A stretch of 64,000 bases of DNA from Alphaproteobacteria bacterium (lineage in GTDB: Bacteria; Pseudomonadota; Alphaproteobacteria; UBA828; JAPUJA01). The stretch is taken from assembly GCA_965249645.1 (NCBI GenBank), contig CBDFML010000009.1, forward strand, positions 20,993-84,992, written 5' to 3'. The position numbers were made by a program, and so were the translations under genes. This document shows, piece by piece, positions 61,166 to 64,000 of this stretch. The notes beneath the pieces are model-generated. The model worked only from the letters and a program-made list of their open reading frames with translations, made no database searches and was not told the DNA's origin. Position 1 is the first letter of the stretch, and the number at the start of each line of letters is the position of its first letter.

Positions 61166-62155
61166 ATGGCGGATCACGGTTACGAAACCGGACGTTTGAA
61201 CCTGCCCTTCGTGGGCCACGTGACCTTTGGCAAGGCCCCGCCCTGCACGGACTGGGAGGTGATCGAGGCCGACGTCGCGGTGCTCGGCGTGCCCTTTGAC
61301 ATGGGCACGCAATACCGCTCGGGCGCGCGATTTGGGCCGCGCGGTATCCGCGAGGCCTCCACGCTGTTCTCGTTCGGCCACGCTGGCGTCTACGACCACG
61401 AAGACGACATCGTTTATATGGCCAAAGAGGATGTCACGATGGTCGATGTGGGCGACGCAGATATCGTGCATACGGATACGGAGGCATCTCACGCCAACAC
61501 GACCGCTGCTGTTAAGGCCATCCTGGAACAGGGTGCGCTGCCGATGATCCTGGGCGGCGATCACTCGATTACAGCGCCGGTGATGGCGGCGTACGAGGGG
61601 CGCGGGCCGATCCATATCGTGCATTTCGACGCCCATCTCGATTTCGTCGACGAGCGCCACGGCGTGCGCTTCGGCCACGGCAACCCGCTGCGCCGTTGTT
61701 CGGAAATGGCCCATGTCTCGGGCATGACCCAACTCGGTATCCGGGGCGTGTCGTCATCGAACAAGTCCGATTACGACGACGCCCGTGCGGCGGGCTCGAC
61801 CATCCTGTCGGTGCGCCAGGTGCGCAAGCTGGGCGTCGAGGGCACGCTCGCCAAGATCCCCGACGGGGCGCGGTATTACGTGACTATCGACATCGACGGT
61901 TTCGATCCGTCGATCGCGGCCGGCACGGGTACGCCGAGCCCCGGCGGCTTCCTCTATTACGAGGTCGCCGAACTGCTCCAGGGGATTTCGCGGAAGGGCG
62001 ATCTGGTGGGCATGGATCTGGTCGAGGTCGCGCCCGATTACGACCACACAGGGAGTACCGCCATGCTGGCGGCGCGCATCGTGCTCGACATGATCGGTTA
62101 CGTCTTCGTCGAACGGAAACGGCGCGCCGATGGGCGCGAGGCAGCGGCGGAATAA
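61166..62155 (+). CDS. Ureohydrolase (agmatinase family)
   Basis: GGDHS, HFDAHLD, GHGNP, TIDIDGFDP. Confidence 0.92.
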   Translation: MADHGYETGRLNLPFVGHVTFGKAPPCTDWEVIEADVAVLGVPFDMGTQYRSGARFGPRGIREASTLFSFGHAGVYDHEDDIVYMAKEDVTMVDVGDADIVHTDTEASHANTTAAVKAILEQGALPMILGGDHSITAPVMAAYEGRGPIHIVHFDAHLDFVDERHGVRFGHGNPLRRCSEMAHVSGMTQLGIRGVSSSNKSDYDDARAAGSTILSVRQVRKLGVEGTLAKIPDGARYYVTIDIDGFDPSIAAGTGTPSPGGFLYYEVAELLQGISRKGDLVGMDLVEVAPDYDHTGSTAMLAARIVLDMIGYVFVERKRRADGREAAAE

Positions 62156-62179
62156 AGCGCGGCGTAGACGCCGCCCCGG

Positions 62180-62746
62180 TCAGTTGGCCAGGGCCAGATT
62201 GATCAGCTTGATGGCGGCGCGCTTGGCGACTTGTGCAATTGTTGGATCGTGCATGACGTGAGAGCGGGTTGCCGAGCCCTCGACCAGCAGTATCAATTCA
62301 TCGGCCAGGGCGCCGGGATCGGCAGCACCGGCGGCGACGGCCTGCTCGCGAATGTAGTTGTGGATCAGACGCTGGTGCTCGGCGCAGGCATTGAGAACGG
62401 GATTGTCCGCGTCGGGAAATTCGCCTGAGGCGTGCATGAACAGGCAGCCCTTGAATTCGGGGGCCCTGAACCATCCCTCCATGACGTCGAAAAGAGCGAC
62501 CAACCGGTCGCGCGGCGATTTGGCCAGCCGTTCGATCTCGCGCATGAAGTCGTTGCGCATGGTCTCGTCCATCCGCCGGATCACCGCCAGAATCAACTCG
62601 TCCTTGGACTTGAAATGCTTGTACAGCGTCATTTTGGCGCAGCCCGATTCGGCCAGCACCTTGTCGATGCCCGTGGCGTGGAAGCCGTTCTCGTAAAACA
62701 GCCGTAGCGCCGTGTCGATTAGCTGGTCGCGCTTGCTCGAGGCCAT
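62180..62746 (-). CDS. TetR-family transcriptional regulator
   Basis: LF..NGFHATGIDKV..SGCAKMTLYKHFKSKDEL; GCLF motif. Confidence 0.93.
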   Translation of the reverse strand: MASSKRDQLIDTALRLFYENGFHATGIDKVLAESGCAKMTLYKHFKSKDELILAVIRRMDETMRNDFMREIERLAKSPRDRLVALFDVMEGWFRAPEFKGCLFMHASGEFPDADNPVLNACAEHQRLIHNYIREQAVAAGAADPGALADELILLVEGSATRSHVMHDPTIAQVAKRAAIKLINLALAN

Positions 62747-62774
62747 GATGAAGGGCTCCTGTTCCGTCACATCT

Positions 62775-62794
62775 TGTACATACTGTTCTGTACA
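62775..62794. promoter_or_regulatory. Putative TetR operator 2 (autoregulatory)
   Basis: TGTACATACTGTTCTGTACA; core matches the 62966 palindrome at 11 of 14 positions. Confidence 0.6.
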
Positions 62795-62957
62795 CTATAT
62801 CGAAGTTTCCACGCCTCATAAACGAAAAATTTTGGTAGCCAGCTCGCTATATTAAAAGAGACGGGCGAGGAGGTAATGAAAATACCGTTAAATATCATAT
62901 ATTTCCTGTGCAAGGGGCAGTGACGGAATCTCTTTTGGGCTGGAGTGAAAAAAGCTG

Positions 62958-62986
62958 TTGACAGAACAGACTAGTCTGTCTATATT
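62958..62986 (+). promoter_or_regulatory. Sigma70 promoter with a perfect palindromic operator in the spacer
   Basis: TTGACA-17 bp-TATATT; ACAGACTAGTCTGT at 62966-62979. Confidence 0.8.
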
Positions 62987-63103
62987 CTCAACCATCAATC
63001 GCGGCGACAACAGCCCGCGGCAAAGAACCGGAAAAGGCCGGCGCGATTTTTAGAACCGAGAGACCGACACAACAGACAACACATTTGAAACAGGAGAAAG
63101 ACC

Positions 63104-63766
63104 ATGACCCGCACGATCAAGACCATTACCGCTTCCGCCATCGCCGCCATCGCCATTGCAGCGGCCGTTGCTTCAACTTCCGCCGAGGCCAAGATCGTCC
63201 ACGCCGACGACATCGCCAAACACCCGGTGATCCAGGACGTCGAGCGTGGCTTCAATCCAGCCAACTTCGACGTTGCTCGCGGTTTCGATCCCAATCAAGA
63301 CGCCGAGCGCGGTTTCGACCCCCGGACCGATGTTGCTCGCGGTTTCGATCCCGATCGCGACGCCGAGCGCGGCTACGACCCCCGGACCGATGCGGCGAAA
63401 ATCGACACGATCAAGAACGACGCCGAGCGCGGTTTCGACCCCCGGACCGATGTGGCGCGGGGCTTCAACCCGGCCAACTTCGACGTGGCGAAAATCGACT
63501 CGATCAAGAATGACGCCGAACGTGGTTACGACCCCCGGACCGACGTGGCGCGGGGCTTCAACCCGGCCAACTTCGACGTGGCGAAAATCGACTCGATCAA
63601 GAATGACGCCGAGCGCGGCTACGACCCCCGGACCGACTTGGCCCGGGGCTACAACCCGGCCAACATCGACGTGGCGAAAATCGGCTCGGTCAAGGATGAC
63701 GCCGAGCGGGGCTTGACCCCGGCCCGTGACCTGGCCCGCGGCTATACCCCCAACGCGGTTGCGTAA
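63104..63766 (+). CDS. Secreted protein of tandem ~10-aa modules (possible multi-copy peptide precursor)
   Basis: RBS AGGAG; Sec signal ending AEA; 13 D-x-[AE]-RG[FYL] units and 4 D-x-AKI units. Confidence 0.85.
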   Translation: MTRTIKTITASAIAAIAIAAAVASTSAEAKIVHADDIAKHPVIQDVERGFNPANFDVARGFDPNQDAERGFDPRTDVARGFDPDRDAERGYDPRTDAAKIDTIKNDAERGFDPRTDVARGFNPANFDVAKIDSIKNDAERGYDPRTDVARGFNPANFDVAKIDSIKNDAERGYDPRTDLARGYNPANIDVAKIGSVKDDAERGLTPARDLARGYTPNAVA

Positions 63767-63835
63767 ACCCCGTTAGCGAGAGGCCGGAAACCCTCCCCCG
63801 AGCGTCCCTCCCGCGCTCTTCGATCCGGCCCCCTG

Positions 63836-63881
63836 AACCGGTCCCCCGAGCCCCCCTCTCGGGGGGCCGGTTTTCTTTTTT
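63836..63881 (+). terminator. Rho-independent terminator
   Basis: AACCGGTCCCCCGAG..CTCGGGGGGCCGGTT stem followed by TTTTCTTTTTT. Confidence 0.85.
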
Positions 63882-64000
63882 ATCGGGTTTATGGGCGAAA
63901 ATGCAGGCGCTTGCCGAGGCCAGGGCCTAGACGCTGTAATACATGGCAAATTCGAGCGGATGGGGAGTCAATTCTAGGCGCGTGACCTCGTCCCACTTCA

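Noticed and set aside
48539-61732. Long antisense ORFs (e.g. 48539..50200, 52155..53360, 59561..61732)
   Set aside because: They are shadow frames of GC-rich genes on the opposite strand, with no recognisable motifs.
63235-63750. About 30-bp periodic repeats as a CRISPR array
   Set aside because: They are in-frame repeats with synonymous variation inside an ORF with RBS and signal peptide; there is no repeat-spacer alternation.

Overview
GC-rich alphaproteobacterial DNA (it carries the alphaproteobacteria-specific ATP-synthase zeta subunit), possibly from a marine host-associated or symbiotic lineage (inference). About 1-20 kb is a decayed prophage and IS region: duplicated holin-like + GH24 lysozyme modules, a truncated tail-tip gene, a secreted Sel1-repeat protein, an IetAS-like AAA-ATPase/S8-protease pair bracketed by lysozyme sequences, an IS256 nested in an IS3 element, and several IS3-type remnants. 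About 15-62 kb is a large nitrogen-compound catabolic island: polyamine-type ABC transport, an aminotransferase, a tgnBCD-like module, paired kinases, paired M24 hydrolases, paired Ldh_2 oxidoreductases, two Rieske oxygenases, a GcvT-family oxidoreductase, two ureohydrolases, a triple-Rid protein and ectoine doeA/doeB/eutA. The most notable observations are (i) a hidden UGA plus SECIS-like hairpin in an ArsM-like methyltransferase (candidate selenoprotein), (ii) a DoxX-DoxX-NDH-2 fusion, and (iii) a TetR-controlled secreted protein built of about 17 ten-residue D-x-[AE]-[RK] modules that looks like a multi-copy peptide precursor. Several single-base frameshifts fall in homopolymers and may be sequencing errors. 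All family calls come from motif recognition by eye; no searches were run.
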